A DNA stretch of 64,000 nucleotides from Mobula hypostoma (taxonomy: Eukaryota): NCBI RefSeq assembly GCF_963921235.1, contig NC_086123.1, forward strand, positions 11,284,001 to 11,348,000, in the 5' to 3' direction. Shown here in pieces: positions 1-11,334 of this stretch. Below the pieces are notes generated by a model. The model searched no databases and had not been told where the DNA came from. It saw only the letters and a list, made by a program, of their open reading frames with translations. A program made the position numbers and the translations under genes. The stretch's first letter is position 1. Every line of letters begins with the position of its first letter.

Positions 1-252
1 TTGCAAAAACAAATGATGGCAGCCCAAAGTTACTGACTAATTCAGGAAGCAATGAAGAGCAAGAGGCTGAAAGGGAAAGAAATACCAAGGGAAGGTGGAA
101 AATGGAATAGGAGTGGTTATGGTGAGGAAAGAAAAGTGATGCAAACGAAAGGTTGGAAATGGTAATTGGAGGAAGAAGGAACTTATAAAAAAACTTACAA
201 CAGGAATGAAGGAAGGAGATTGTTGCCAGGTTAAGGATCCAGGATAATTAGA

Positions 253-726
253 TATAGTGGATTCCAATTAATTGGGCCATCAGTTAATTGGGTCAGACGC
301 TTATTTGGGATAACTCCTAAAGAACAAAACCAAATCAAGAAAACTTCTGGGATCCCCTTCATTTATTTTGGACTCTATGAAGCTTAATTGGGGAAGGCTC
401 TAACTAGTGCCAGTCACGTGCACTTCTGTGGCCATTATACAGCACACTGTGCTTCGAATGAACTGTTTTTAAACAGTGTCAGTTGTGTGTTTGTGGTCAA
501 GAATCAGTGCTTTTGTCGCTGATGGTTGGTGAGAAATAAGCAGTAAGACAATTCAGAACTGTTTTGCTCACTGCGGTTTCAAGTACTGAGTCTTGGAGAT
601 TCCAGAAATGGCTGGAAGTAAAAATGAAACCATTTCACTACTTCAGCATGCTAGAAACTACAAAGAATCTGAATGTACCAACAATCATCTTGAATATTAC
701 ACTGAAAATGAAGACCTTGGGGATGC
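253..726 (+). mobile_element. Tigger/pogo-like DNA transposon derivative, left part only
   Basis: Starts TA-(C/T)AGTGGATTCCAATTAATTGGG with an internal TTAATTGGG repeat, typical of Tigger/pogo ends. The acidic peptide in ORF 593..856 (RNYKESECTNNHLEYYTENEDL) resembles a pogo transposase C-terminus. No right TIR seen; it abuts a Gypsy fragment. Confidence 0.55.
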
Positions 727-1320
727 CCAGAGCAGATACATCTTCCACGTGGACGGGTTCGAGGAGATGAAGCATCGCAGTTTTTCCACTCTGCTGATTT
801 CGCTCTTTCTGACTGACACATGGTTTGCCGATGATAGCCGGGGACAAACTCACTGAGGAAGGAACAGAGGGGTCACCGGAAGTGGAAGACGAATCGTGGA
901 CCCCGGTCAGACACAATGTCCTGAGCGAAAGCTTGGAGGCAAAGTTCAAGTTGGAGAATCCAGTCGCCTGTCTCAGCGGCTGATGGAAGCTTGGGGAGGG
1001 CTATGAAGTTGGAGAACTGGTCCAGCACTGTCATGATCCTCGTGGCCCCATCGGAAGTTGTCACACCTGTGATGAAATCCATGGCGATGTGGTGTCGGAG
1101 GACCAGTAGGGGGCACAGAAGCCCAGAGGGCCATTGGTTGGAGGAACTGGTCTGGGTATATTGAGGGCAGGCGGTAACGAACTGATGTATGGCTGTGATC
1201 ATGGCAGACGATCAGAACCGGCATTGTGGAAAATCTGGGATGGATGGAGAGTGGTGAGGGGTAGACCCACTGGAATGGGTCAGGGTGGATGGCTGCCACC
1301 ACGTGCATGCAGTTGTCAAT
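727..1320 (-). mobile_element. Degenerate Ty3/Gypsy integrase fragment
   Basis: ORF 873..1202 reads GLLCPL...HIAMDFITG...VLDQFS..FIALPKLPSAAET..DIVSDRGPRF, the rve core. Frameshifted continuation SVSLS...ERNQ lies in 638..949, with an HHCC-like region upstream. Confidence 0.9.
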
Positions 1321-1354
1321 TGTGTGTTGGCTGGAGCAAGCTGATTCCACGATC

Positions 1355-1601
1355 TTTAAAATCACTTTCAAAGATTCTACATCTCATGTCCTCAGTATTA
1401 TTTATTTACTTTTACTTTTGCATTTGCAGTTTGTCGTCTTTTGCACAATGATTGCTTGTCAGTCCTTATGTGTATTTTTAATTGATTCTATTGTGCTTCT
1501 TTGTTCTACCGTAAATGCCTGCAAGAAAATGAACCTTGGGGTAGTACGTGGTCATGACCTGTACATACTTTGATAATAAATATACTTTGAACTTTGAACT
1601 T
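1355..1601 (+). mobile_element. Rex1/Babar-type LINE 3' UTR
   Basis: CTCACTTTCAA..GACTCT...GCAAGAAAATGAA...ACTTTGATAATAAA followed by a (CTTTGAA)n tail. The same tail recurs at 19426-19808, 29013-29276, 48706-49019 (-) and 50578-50790, and it follows Rex1-type coding sequence at 19426. Confidence 0.7.
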
Positions 1602-1716
1602 CGTTTGAAACGCAAAAAAAAATCTCAAATAGAAGTAGAAAGCATGTCCTTGGGGAGAGGAGCAGAGATATCACTTCAGATTCTGCTAAACGTAAAATAT
1701 TAAATCTATTTAATTT

Positions 1717-1866
1717 TGCAAACATGAGGAAATCTGCAGATACTGGAAATTCAAGCAACACACACAAAATGCTGGTGGAATGCAGCGGCCCAAAATGTCA
1801 ATTGTACCTCTTCCTATAGATGCTGCCTGGCCTGCTGTGTTCCACCAGCATTTTGTGTGTGTTGCC
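1717..1866. mobile_element. Palindromic Penelope-like (PLE) terminal-repeat insert
   Basis: Inverted arms GCAACACACACAAAATGCTGGTGGAA (1755-) and TTCCACCAGCATTTTGTGTGTGTTGC (-1865). Candidate TSD TCTATTTAATTT (1705-1716) / TCTATATAATTT (1867-1878). Confidence 0.75.
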
Positions 1867-2298
1867 TCTATATAATTTAATTGTTTTCCAGGCGCTGCCT
1901 GCCCTGATGAGTATTTCTATTTTTTCTCCTTTACTTCAAATTGTCGTGGTTTGAGATGTTTTTCTTCTGGCTCTATACAGTGTGATTGTTTTAAACAGCT
2001 GTTGCTTCTGAGAGAAATATCTTATGCTGCGTTGAGCTCTTGTTAAATGCAAAGTGATAAACGTAGTGCCTCCTGCAAATAAGTATTAAACAACTTACTG
2101 ACCGATTTAGTGGTAGCCTTGAAGAATCAAATGCTATAAAAGTTTAATGCAGTGATGACCTTCATGCCCACAGTTGGAGCCTTCAGAAATTGTCCTTTGG
2201 TCAGCTTCCAAGCAATACCATAAATATATAACTATGTTCTTTGTGCAATAAGAATGCCATATACAGGTCTTCTTAGAAGCACACAGTTAATGCTACTC

Positions 2299-2590
2299 TT
2301 TCTTCTTCTTAAGCCCATCACCCCTATTGAGGCATAGGCCACTGGCAACAGTTTGCCAGAGTCCTCTGTCTTGGGCTAATAGAATGTTGATTGGTCCAGT
2401 GGATTCTGCTTTCATCACATGACTTCATACACCTTCTAGTCAAAAATCCTTCCTCTCCCATGAATGAGGTCTTTGAAGCTTTCATTGGTGTTTTTGCAGC
2501 TCTGGGCTTTTACAGGATAGAGTTGCTAGCCCCATACCCAAACCTCCTCCTTTCGCAACTAGGTTTGGGAACATCCAGGGTTGAGTTTAA
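2299..2590 (-). mobile_element. RTE/RTE-X-related non-autonomous retroelement fragment
   Basis: (TTC)n tail on + (i.e. (GAA)n), then CCCATCACCCC..GGCATAGGCC and GTTGCTAGCCCCATACCCAAACC motifs resembling RTE-X termini. Confidence 0.5.
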
Positions 2591-2714
2591 TGCCTCTGCA
2601 GTCTCTTCAAAAGCTCCTCTACCTCAAAATACTTCTGAGCCAAAGCAATTGCAAGGAACAGACTGGGAAATAACAACAGTAATCTGAAGGGGAGAAAATA
2701 TAATGTTTTTATAA

Positions 2715-3125
2715 ACTTATTCATTGCTTGGAATCTGTGCAGCACTGGCAAGTTCAGCTTTGTTTGTCCATTGATGTTTTGTTTTATTCAGAAGGTGGTG
2801 ATAAGTCTCTTTCATGAACCACTGCAGTCTTCTTAGTGAAAGCACGTCTACTGTTCTGTTCAATCTGGAGTTCTGGGTTCTAGACCCACTGGTGATGAAT
2901 TATATTTAATATATTTGTAAACTGTACACATAATTTATTTCAGGTTAGGATAGTGTGCAGGTTGGTGTAGTTCCTATATATCTTGTACATTGTTGTTCTT
3001 AATAGTGAAGCCATAGCTTGGAATGTACTCTCAAAGTAGCCTAGTTGAGTAACCATAGTGCATTTTGTCAATGACAGATGTTATAGTTACTTTGAACTGG
3101 TGGTTGAGGCAATGAATATTTAAGA
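2715..3125 (-). mobile_element. Old, highly diverged CR1/L2-group LINE 3' region
   Basis: GCACTGGCAAG..CAGCTTT..GTCCAT...GAAGGTGGTG...GAACCACTGCAGTC pattern resembling ancient elasmobranch LINE 3' ends; no ORF. Confidence 0.4.
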
Positions 3126-3133
3126 GAGAGAGC

Positions 3134-4365
3134 AGACCATAAGATATTGGAGCAAAATCAGGCCATTTGGCCCATTAGATCTTCTCCATCATTCCAGCAG
3201 CCTCATGTGTGGCACCTCGTCAAAGGCCCATTGAAAGTGTAAGTACACAACATCAACTAATTCTCCTTTGTCTACCCTGCTTGTTATTTCTTCGAAGAAT
3301 TCCAACAGATTTGTCAGGCATGATTTTCCCTTGAGAAAACCATGCTGACTGTGGCCTATTTTATCATGTGCCTATAAGTACCCTGAGACCTCATCCTTAA
3401 TGATCAACTCCAGCATCATCGCAACCACTGGGGTCAGACTAACTGGACTAGAGTTTCCTTTCTTCTTGCTCTCTCCCTTCATGAAGAGTGAAGTGACATT
3501 TGCAATTTTCCAGTCTTCTGGAACTATTCCAGAATCTGGTGATTCTTGAAGTATCATTACTAATGCCTCCACAATTTCTCCAGCCACCTCTTTCAGAACT
3601 CTGTGGTGTTCACTATCTGGTCCGGGCATCTTATCTACCTTCAGACCTTTCAGTTTCCCAAGTACCTTCTCTCTATTTATGCTAACTTCACACACTTATT
3701 GACCCCTGACACCTGAAACTTCCCTCATACTGCTAGTGTCTTCCACAGTGAAGATTGATGCAAAATACTTATTCATTTTGTCCGCCATTTCCTCGTCACC
3801 CATTATTACCTCTCCAGCATCAATTTCTAGCGGTCTGATATCCACTCTTGCTTCTCTTTTACACTTTATATATCTGAAGAAACTTTTGGTATGGTCTTTA
3901 ATATTATTGGCTGGCTTACTTTTTTTATTCCATTTTTACCTTCTTAATGATTTTTTTAGTTGCCTTCTAATAACTTTTAAAAGCTTCTCAATCCTCTAAC
4001 TTCTCCCTAATTTTTGTTCTATTTTATGCCCTCTGTTTGGCTTTTCTGTTGGCTTTAACCTCTTGTCAGCCATGGTTGTGTTATCTTTACTTTAGAATAC
4101 CTCTTCCTCTTTGGGATGTATATATCCTGTGTCTTCCGAATTACCTCCTAAAATTCCAGCTATTGTTGCTCTGCCATCCTCCCTGCCAGTGTTCTTTTCC
4201 AATCAGTTCTGGTCAGCTCCTCTCTCATGCCTCTATAATTCCCTTTACCCCACTGTATTACTGATACATCTGACTATAACTTCTCCTTCTCAAATTTCAG
4301 GATGAATCTGATCAGATTGTGATCATTTGCTCCTAAGGGTTCTTTTTATCAAATGGGATCACATG
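3134..4365 (-). mobile_element. CR1 LINE ORF2 fragment with an internal deletion
   Basis: ORF 3372..3695 (KLKGLKVDKMPGPD..HHRVLKEVA..VPEDWKIANVT..PVSLT) is CR1 ORF2. The 3' tail (3134-3195) is joined directly to the AFDxVPH RT region at 3196. Confidence 0.92.
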
Positions 4366-4432
4366 TGCTATTCTATAATTTATTTATTCAATAGGAGTAT
4401 TGAAAAGTTATTATATAATACACTATGGCTAA

Positions 4433-4633
4433 TGGGCTGGCATGTGGTGTAGTAGCAGCAGCAGTGGACTTCAAGGCAAATGGTCCTGAGTTCGAATCCG
4501 GACAGCAGCAGTTTCTGCGCGGAAGAAAGGCTTAGCAATCTACTTCTGCATCTTGCCACGAAGAAACACTAAAGACAACTACACTATCTATAGGGGCACT
4601 ATGATGGCAACTCGATGGCACTCAACAACAACA
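4433..4633 (+). mobile_element. tRNA-derived SINE with RTE-type tail
   Basis: A-box-like TGGTGTAGTAG and B box GTTCGAATCC; 3' end ATAGGGGCACTATGA..ACTCGATGGCACT followed by (CAA)n. Confidence 0.75.
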
Positions 4634-4646
4634 TGGCTAATTAATG

Positions 4647-5186
4647 TACACTTAAAGCCTCTTTATTATGTACACCTGTACACATGCTTGTTAATGCAAA
4701 TATCTAAACAGCCAATCACATGGCAGCAACTCGGTGCATAAGAGCATGCAGACATGGTCAAGAGGTTCAGTTGTTATTCAGACCAAACATCAGAATGGGA
4801 AGAAACGTGATCTAAGTGACTTTGACCATGGAATGATTGTTGGTTCCAGATGGGCTGGTTTGAGCATCTCAGAAACTGCTGATCTCTCGGGGATTTCATG
4901 CACAACAGTTTCGAGAGTCTACAAAGAATGATGCAAAAACAAAAAAAAAAATCCAAAGAGCAGCGTTTCTGAGGCTGGAAACACCTTGCTAATGAGAGAG
5001 CTCAATGGAGAATGGCCTGACTCTATCAAGCTCACGGGAAGGTGACATTAACTCAAATAATCATGTGTTACAACAGTGATGTGCAGGACAGCATCCCTGA
5101 ATGCACAACACATCGAACATTGAAATGGATAGGCTGCAGCAGCAGAAGACCACAAGTACACTCAGAGTCCACTTTACTAGATATCT
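4647..5186 (+). mobile_element. Tc1 non-autonomous derivative, copy 1
   Basis: Degenerate TIR TA-CACT....CTTTATTATGTACACC. Transposase N-terminal HTH KRDLSDFDHGMIVGSRWAGLSISETADL.GIS.TTVSRVYKE. Ends in a second left-oriented TIR at 5157. Confidence 0.9.
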
Positions 5187-5494
5187 AAAATACGCTATCC
5201 CTACTGCTCTTTTGTCACATTCTTATACAGAGCTTCATTAAAAATAATGACCCTGTACTTTTCTGATAACACTCATTTTACGTAGTCTCAGTGACCTGCC
5301 CACTGCTGACCTTTGCAGATGACCCTGCCTATGTTTGCAGGATTTAGAGAGGCTATTTGATTTTTTTATAGCAATGGTGATCCTGGTTTACGTTTAAGGT
5401 GCCCAGGCCACAAAGTCTAATTGACAAGTCTGTAAACCGGGCAAGATTATCTCGCCCCCACCACCGCCACTGATCTTCCACTCACAATTGTGAT

Positions 5495-5700
5495 AATAAT
5501 TGGTAAATTGTTTACTATTGTCACGTTTTGCATACCAGCCATCCAGATAATTCCATTACAATAGGACATTGAGGTAGTATAAGGAAAAACAAATAACAAA
5601 ATGCAGAACTAAGTGTTACAGTTTCAGAGTACTGTAAGTAGAATGCAGCCAGACAATGAAGTGCAAGACAATTATGTGGTAGATTGTGATACTCTGAAGG
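5495..5700 (-). mobile_element. Rex1-type LINE 3' UTR (second tail subfamily)
   Basis: ATTGGTAAATTGTTTACTATTGTCAC...CATTGAGGTAGT..AAGGAAAAACAA..AATGCAGAA; homologous to 42165-42560 (-) and 61660-61773 (+). Confidence 0.55.
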
Positions 5701-5767
5701 AAGCATGCAATTTACATTGAAAAAATTCCGTTGAACATTTGAAGGGTTCAACTCTAATGGGGGGGGG

Positions 5768-6253
5768 GGTGGCCATTTTATTAAGTACACCTGTACACCT
5801 GCTCATTAATGTAGATATTTAATCAACCAATCATGTGGTAGGAACTCAGTGGATAAAAGCATGCAGTCATGATCAAGAGGTTCAGTTGTTGTTCAGACCA
5901 AACTTCAGAATGGGGAAGAAATGTGATCTAAGTAACTTTGACCATGATTGTTTTTGCCAGACGGGATGGTTCGAGTATCTGAAACTGCTGATCTCCTGGG
6001 ATTTACAGGCATAACTGTTTCTAAGGTTTACAGAAAATGGTGTGAGAAACGAAATGCATCCAGTGAGCGGCAGTTCTGTGGGTGAAAACGCCTTGCTAAT
6101 GAGAGAGGCCAGAGGAGAATGCTCAGACTGGTTCAAGCTGACGAGGCAGCAGTAACTCAAATAACCACACTTGACAGCAGTGGTGTGCAGAAGACATCTC
6201 TGAATACACAACATGTTGAACCTTGATAGGCTTCGGCAGCAGAAGACCATACT
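5768..6253 (+). mobile_element. Tc1 non-autonomous derivative, copy 2
   Basis: GTGGCCATTTTATTAAGTACACC TIR; ATGGGGAAGAAATGTGATCTAAGT transposase start; homologous to 4647-5186. Confidence 0.9.
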
Positions 6254-6254
6254 A

Positions 6255-6410
6255 AACACAAAATAATCTGCAGATGCTGGGGTCAAAGCAACACTTACAA
6301 CACACTGGAGGAACTCAGCAGGTCGGGCAGCATCCGTGGAAACAATCAGTCGACGTTTCGGGCCGGAACCCTTCGTCAGGACTGTAGAGGCCTCCCAGTG
6401 AGGCCTCCTC
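6255..6410 (-). mobile_element. PLE-derived short insert carrying a hammerhead ribozyme
   Basis: Homologous to the arms at 1717 and 13148; perfect 9-bp TSD ACCATACTA at 6246-6254 and 6411-6419. Confidence 0.85.
6347..6384 (-). ncRNA. Minimal type I hammerhead ribozyme (intact core)
   Basis: Minus strand CAGUC-CUGACGA-A-GGGU(UCCG)GCCC-GAAA-CGUC/GACUG. Helix I is CAGUC:GACUG, the CUGANGA and GAAA boxes are conserved, helix II has 4 bp, helix III is the palindromic ACGU, and the cleavage triplet is GUC. Confidence 0.85.
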
Positions 6411-7384
6411 ACCATACTAGGTTCGGCTTCTATACAAAGGTAAAAGCAAAGCCTAGAGACCTGACCAGCCACTGGATTCTAGTCAAGTCTGACGGATACT
6501 AGCTGAAATTACAGTGAGGCTACACTTAGATTTTAACCCACTAAGGCTTTTTAGATGCTATGAAGCAACATTGGGAAAAAAAAATTAGTGGATCATTAAT
6601 AATATTCCTTTAATCCAAATATATTACATTTTGCAACTCTGTATATTTATATTTCTAAGCAAAAAATTATAAGCATGTCCATATTTTCTAAACTAATTAG
6701 ATCTTATAAAAGACTTCTGTAAAGTTTTTTGAGCATAAATGTCTTTGTAGAAATATCTTTTTAAAATTTTACTTTTCAGTAAGAACCAGCCATTAAAATT
6801 GAACAGGCCTTTGAAGATTCTGTTTAAATTTCATAATTCTAAATATCCAATACTGGATGGCTAACTTAATGTATACTTAAATATCTGCTTCTTTGCATTC
6901 AAACACAATGTCGTTCAATATTGCTCTTATTTCTGTTTTATTGCAACATTCATGTTAACATAGCCATTAACATGTTTTATAATGTCTCTCTTGTACATAG
7001 TAAAAGCAAGACTACTGCAGAATTAATACATGGGTATCAGAGGAAAGATAAATTCTATCAGGAGATCGTATTTAGAATGAGAAAAATCTGTAAAACGGAA
7101 AGCATTACCAAAATCTAACTGTGGAGGTGCCACAATGCCAGCAAATAGAAATATTCTGGCATTGCTGTTTTTGCAAGAATCTTAAAAATCATTTTATCCA
7201 TTGTAATATTACTATTATTTTACATGTGGAATTAAAATATATATATACTAATGGATGAATTGGTTAATAGTAGAGGACTGTTGTTAATGAATTTCAGTAT
7301 TGAAGCATTTTCAGCTTTGTTGTTCTGTTAGCATCTCTGGATCAGACAAAACAATTTGACGTGATCAAACACTGACTGGAGTTG

Positions 7385-7605
7385 TGCCAGCTGTATCTGG
7401 CCCAGTAGTAGCTTTGCGATGATGGCATGGTCTGGGTGGTGGGGATCTTTGATGACGAATGTTGCCTTCTTGTGAAAATCTACACCTCCTGTAGATACAC
7501 TTGACAGTGGGGTAGGCTGTCCATGATGTATTGGGCTGAGTCCAGACACGACACTCTGCAGCTTCTCACATTCCTGCGCGTTCAAATTGCCGTATCTGAT
7601 CTGCG
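7385..7605 (-). mobile_element. Rex1/Babar-type LINE ORF C-terminal fragment, degenerate
   Basis: ORF 7328..7609 RYGNLNAQECEKLQSVV...KKATFVIKDPHHPDHA matches the WYG..A.D.K.LQ..V / KA..IIKDP.HP motifs of the other copies. Confidence 0.75.
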
Positions 7606-8225
7606 GCACACATGATTCAGTAGGATTCTACCTCAGGCCGGATGGTAAATCTTAGAAGTGAACTGACTTTTCACTCACCGATTGCCAAATGAAGCCCAGC
7701 CAATTTTAATGGCTAGTTCTTCTTGAAATTGTTCTGGAAAAAGTACAGTCAGGAATGTCATACCAATCCCTCCCCTTCCCTTCTGTCTTTCAGCACCTTA
7801 GATGTGAATAAAACTATGTAGCAATGTTCCTCAAAGTGTCTGATACACCTGAACGTCACCAACAATTTTGGAAAGTTACCAGATTTCAAGGTCACGAATG
7901 ATATGTTCTTTTTAGATTTTCATCAAGGCCAATAATGAACTGGCTGCATTTAAAAGAGAAATGCGCTCATCTGCACACACTGCATAATTTAGGAGAGTTA
8001 CATTCAGGGAGCTTCAATGCATGGATGTTTACAAATGTGGTTTTATTGTGAACATTTGTGGTTGTTTCTTTTTGATAAGACATTACGTTTGATTAAGAAC
8101 TCATTTGTTTAACAAAGAATACTCATTCTTGTTTTGAAAAGAACTCGTTCAATGGGAAAATTTGTATATTTAACATTGGTATCTGGAATGTATGTAGTCC
8201 TAGAAAATTGCTATGAAGTTAATGA

Positions 8226-8890
8226 TATCATAGACCCTAGTACAGAACAGCTCCGAAGTAGGGCCTTCAGCCCAATATCTGTGCTGATCATAATGTCAAT
8301 CCATGGTTTGAGTGCACTTGTTCGATATACTTCCATTCCCTGCCTGTTCATGTGGCTGCCTCAATCCCTTTTAAATATTACTATCACATAGAGTCATAGA
8401 ATCATAGACAAGTACAGCACAGAAACAGGCCCTTTGGCCCACTTAATCCATGCTGATCCATTAAATCTGCCTACTCCTACCTACCCGCACTGATACAGCT
8501 CTCCATACCCCTCCCGTCCATGTACCTATCCAAACTTCTCTTAAAAGTTGAAATCGAGCTTGCACACACCACATGAGCTAGCAGCTCGTTCCACGTTCTC
8601 ACGACCCCCTGAGTGAAGCGATTTCCCCTCAGGTTCCCCTTTAGCATTTCACCTTTCACCCTTAACGCCTTACATGTGCTTCCACCACTTTCCTCACAGC
8701 CGAACTCAGGTACCAACTCCGTTCTGTCTAACAAAAACCTGACCTCATAAGTCTCCTTCAAACTCCGCCTTCTCTTCTCTTCAGTTTCAACCCACATCTT
8801 CTAGTATCTACCATTTCCGTCCTGGGGAAAAGATGTTGACTATCCACACTACCAGTGCCACTTATAATTTTATGTACTTCATATTGCAAA
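8226..8890 (-). mobile_element. Two nested CR1 3' ends (younger 8388-8665 inside an older copy)
   Basis: (CATAGA)n tail and KVKG...LRGNRFTQGVVRTWNEL..FKRSLDRYM (ORF 8477..8797); the older copy resumes after 8665 (VDSQHLFP). Confidence 0.85.
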
Positions 8891-9039
8891 TTCTTGCCAT
8901 GCATAGTTAAAATACTAGTGAGTGTGTTATAAGTTGTTTTTGGCATTAAGAGGAATGTTTTGATAGGCAAAAGCTTAAAATAAACAGATCGAAATAGTGC
9001 TTAATGTCTTTATAAAGTCATTGCTGAAGCTGTATTAAA

Positions 9040-9410
9040 GTCCAAAGGGAAATACTGTAAATGGAACCAGGTAGGGAGAAAGGGAGGTGGATTGGGAGGC
9101 GGTGGCTGGCAGGTGAACGAGACAGACAAGGAGTGAGGAATGTAATGGAGCTGTTGGAGTCAGGGTGTGAGGGTGGGGTGGGATGCGGGGGTGTGGAGGG
9201 AGGGCAGACGTCGGAAGATGATTGGATGATCAGTGGAGTCACAGGGGGTTGCAGATGCTTGAATCTGTTAGGTAAGGAAAGTGATAAGTGGAACCAGATA
9301 AGGTGGGGTAAAGGGAAGATGGGATCATTTAGGAGAAGGGAAGGAAGGCACAGTAGGTAAAGTGTATGGGTGAATAAATGTTGTATCAAAGTGCACAGGT
9401 GGCTAAGTAA
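9040..9410 (-). mobile_element. Purine-rich relic, probably PLE sub-terminal region
   Basis: Strong G/A skew with GGAACCAGATAAG-type words like those seen next to PLE terminal repeats; no coding signal. Confidence 0.35.
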
Positions 9411-10019
9411 GAGAGGAGCTGATTTTTATATTTAGTGTTAACAACGTCTTAAATTTAATCAAGATATTGTAGTATACCCCTATTGTGAATTATTTATTGT
9501 ATATGAAAGCAATAAAACTAGAGGTGAAAGAAAATGGTTTGAAGTTCCAGTGCATTGTCTAATAGTTCATGAAGCCAATACAGAAGAAGCCAGGGTTGCA
9601 GGTCCAATTCATAGAGAGCTTCTTGGTCAATCAAAGCCTGGGTCATGTGTACTGAGTGACCATCAGAGGGCTTCACTCTCCCTCCTTCTTAGTAACCATT
9701 AAGATTTTTAAGCAGAAGAATAGTTCTGTATATGTGTTTGATAGATACCCTACAAAAGCAGTAACATCTAAATTCTAAAACACAGATCTGAATAAATCAA
9801 ACCCCTTGCACAATCCTCGGTTCGACACCATTTTGTTCAAAACACAAATTGAGCATCAGAACTGGAACCCCATATTTTGGAAAAGACTAGAAGATCTAAG
9901 CTGGCACCACTGAAGATGTGCAGCAGCTTTCTGGTAGTTCAAAAGTGAAGGAATTTGTTTAAGACCATTACTAATAACATTTTTTTGAAGTAAATTATGG
10001 AAAACTATCACCACAAACG

Positions 10020-10925
10020 TTGAGGAGGTGAGCAAGGACGGGGCGAATTCAGGAGGTGTGCTGCAAAATCGATGCACTTGGAATTGGAGCCATGCTGATT
10101 GAAGTGGACGATTTGGAGAAGGGAAGACAGGCAGTGCAATTCCAATGCCTGTCCATCTACCCTGGTGTGAGGGTATATCGCTCTTAGTGCAAAACCAGTT
10201 TGGAGAGGTTAAGAATAGCTTCTACAGCAGCCAGATCTAGGCCTGAAGCGAATCACTGTTCTAGGCCCGGTGCGATTTGCGATGGCTGGGCCTGGGTCCT
10301 AATGTGAGATACAATTTGCAGTTTGGACAATTTAAACGCCAGCCCAGATAGACAGGAAAGGCAAGGTGTTGAGAGTCAGGCGAGGTTGGATCACTCTAAG
10401 TGCAAAGCTGATTTGGAGAGGTCAAGAATGGCTTCTTCAGCAGCAAAATCTAAGCCCGGAGCGATTCACTGCGGCAGATTCCGGGTCCTAATGTGACGTA
10501 TGATCTGCTGTTCAGACAGTTGAAATGCTGCCCCAGATGGACTGGGGGCTTCTCTCTCCGCGCCACTAAGGCTATGAGAGCTCCCTCGGCTGCTGTGCTT
10601 CATGTCTGCGAACTTTGTGGTAATTTGCCCTTCTCATATGATGAACTGAATACCGAGGCTTTGGGCCGAGTGTGGGGTGCTCCGGCGATTTGGATCTAAG
10701 GAATCAATTTGGTTCAGAATGCTGTTGTTGGTGCTCATTTCTATTGTTTGCATGATTTGAGTTTTTTTTTCTTTCTCTGTGCATTAGGGGGCGGGGGTTG
10801 GTCTTTATTTTTTTAGTTGGGTTCTTTCGTGATTCTTGCTTTCTGGCTGCCGGAAAGCAAAAAAGAAACATAAAGTTGTATAATTTATACATTCTTTAAT
10901 AATAAATGTACTTTGAATCTTTGAA
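10020..10925 (+). mobile_element. Non-autonomous retroelement with Rex-type tail and internal duplication
   Basis: Ends AATAAATGTACTTTGAATCTTTGAA. Diverged direct repeat at 10181-10352 and 10394-10541. Confidence 0.6.
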
Positions 10926-10986
10926 TAGGGTTAATAAAATAATGAGGGGACTGGGTTTTGTCGGTGTAGGCCAATTACTTAAGTTA

Positions 10987-11300
10987 ATTCAAAGTTCAAA
11001 GTAGATTTATTATCAAAGCATGCCCTGAGATTATCTTGCAGGCTTCCACAAAACAAAGAAACACAATAGAATTCATGAAAAACCTCACAAAACAAAGACC
11101 GACAAACATCTAATGTGTAAAAAAGAACAAGTCATGCAAACATTTTAAAAGGTAAACAAGTAATGCAAAAAACATGAAGCACTGAGACCCCGAAAGTGAG
11201 TCAACAGCCGCAGAGCCAGTTCAGCGCTGAGGTGAGTGGAGCCATTCCAGGGGCCCGATGGCTGAATACTCCATTCAAATGCAGAGGTGAATGAAGTCGG
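10987..11300 (-). mobile_element. Rex-type LINE / non-autonomous 3' tail
   Basis: (TTCAAAG)2-TAGATTTATTATCAAAG..CCCTGAGATT; related to 22773-23100. Confidence 0.6.
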
Positions 11301-11334
11301 TCGAATTAGAAAAGGTCCGAGCCTATACCTAGAG

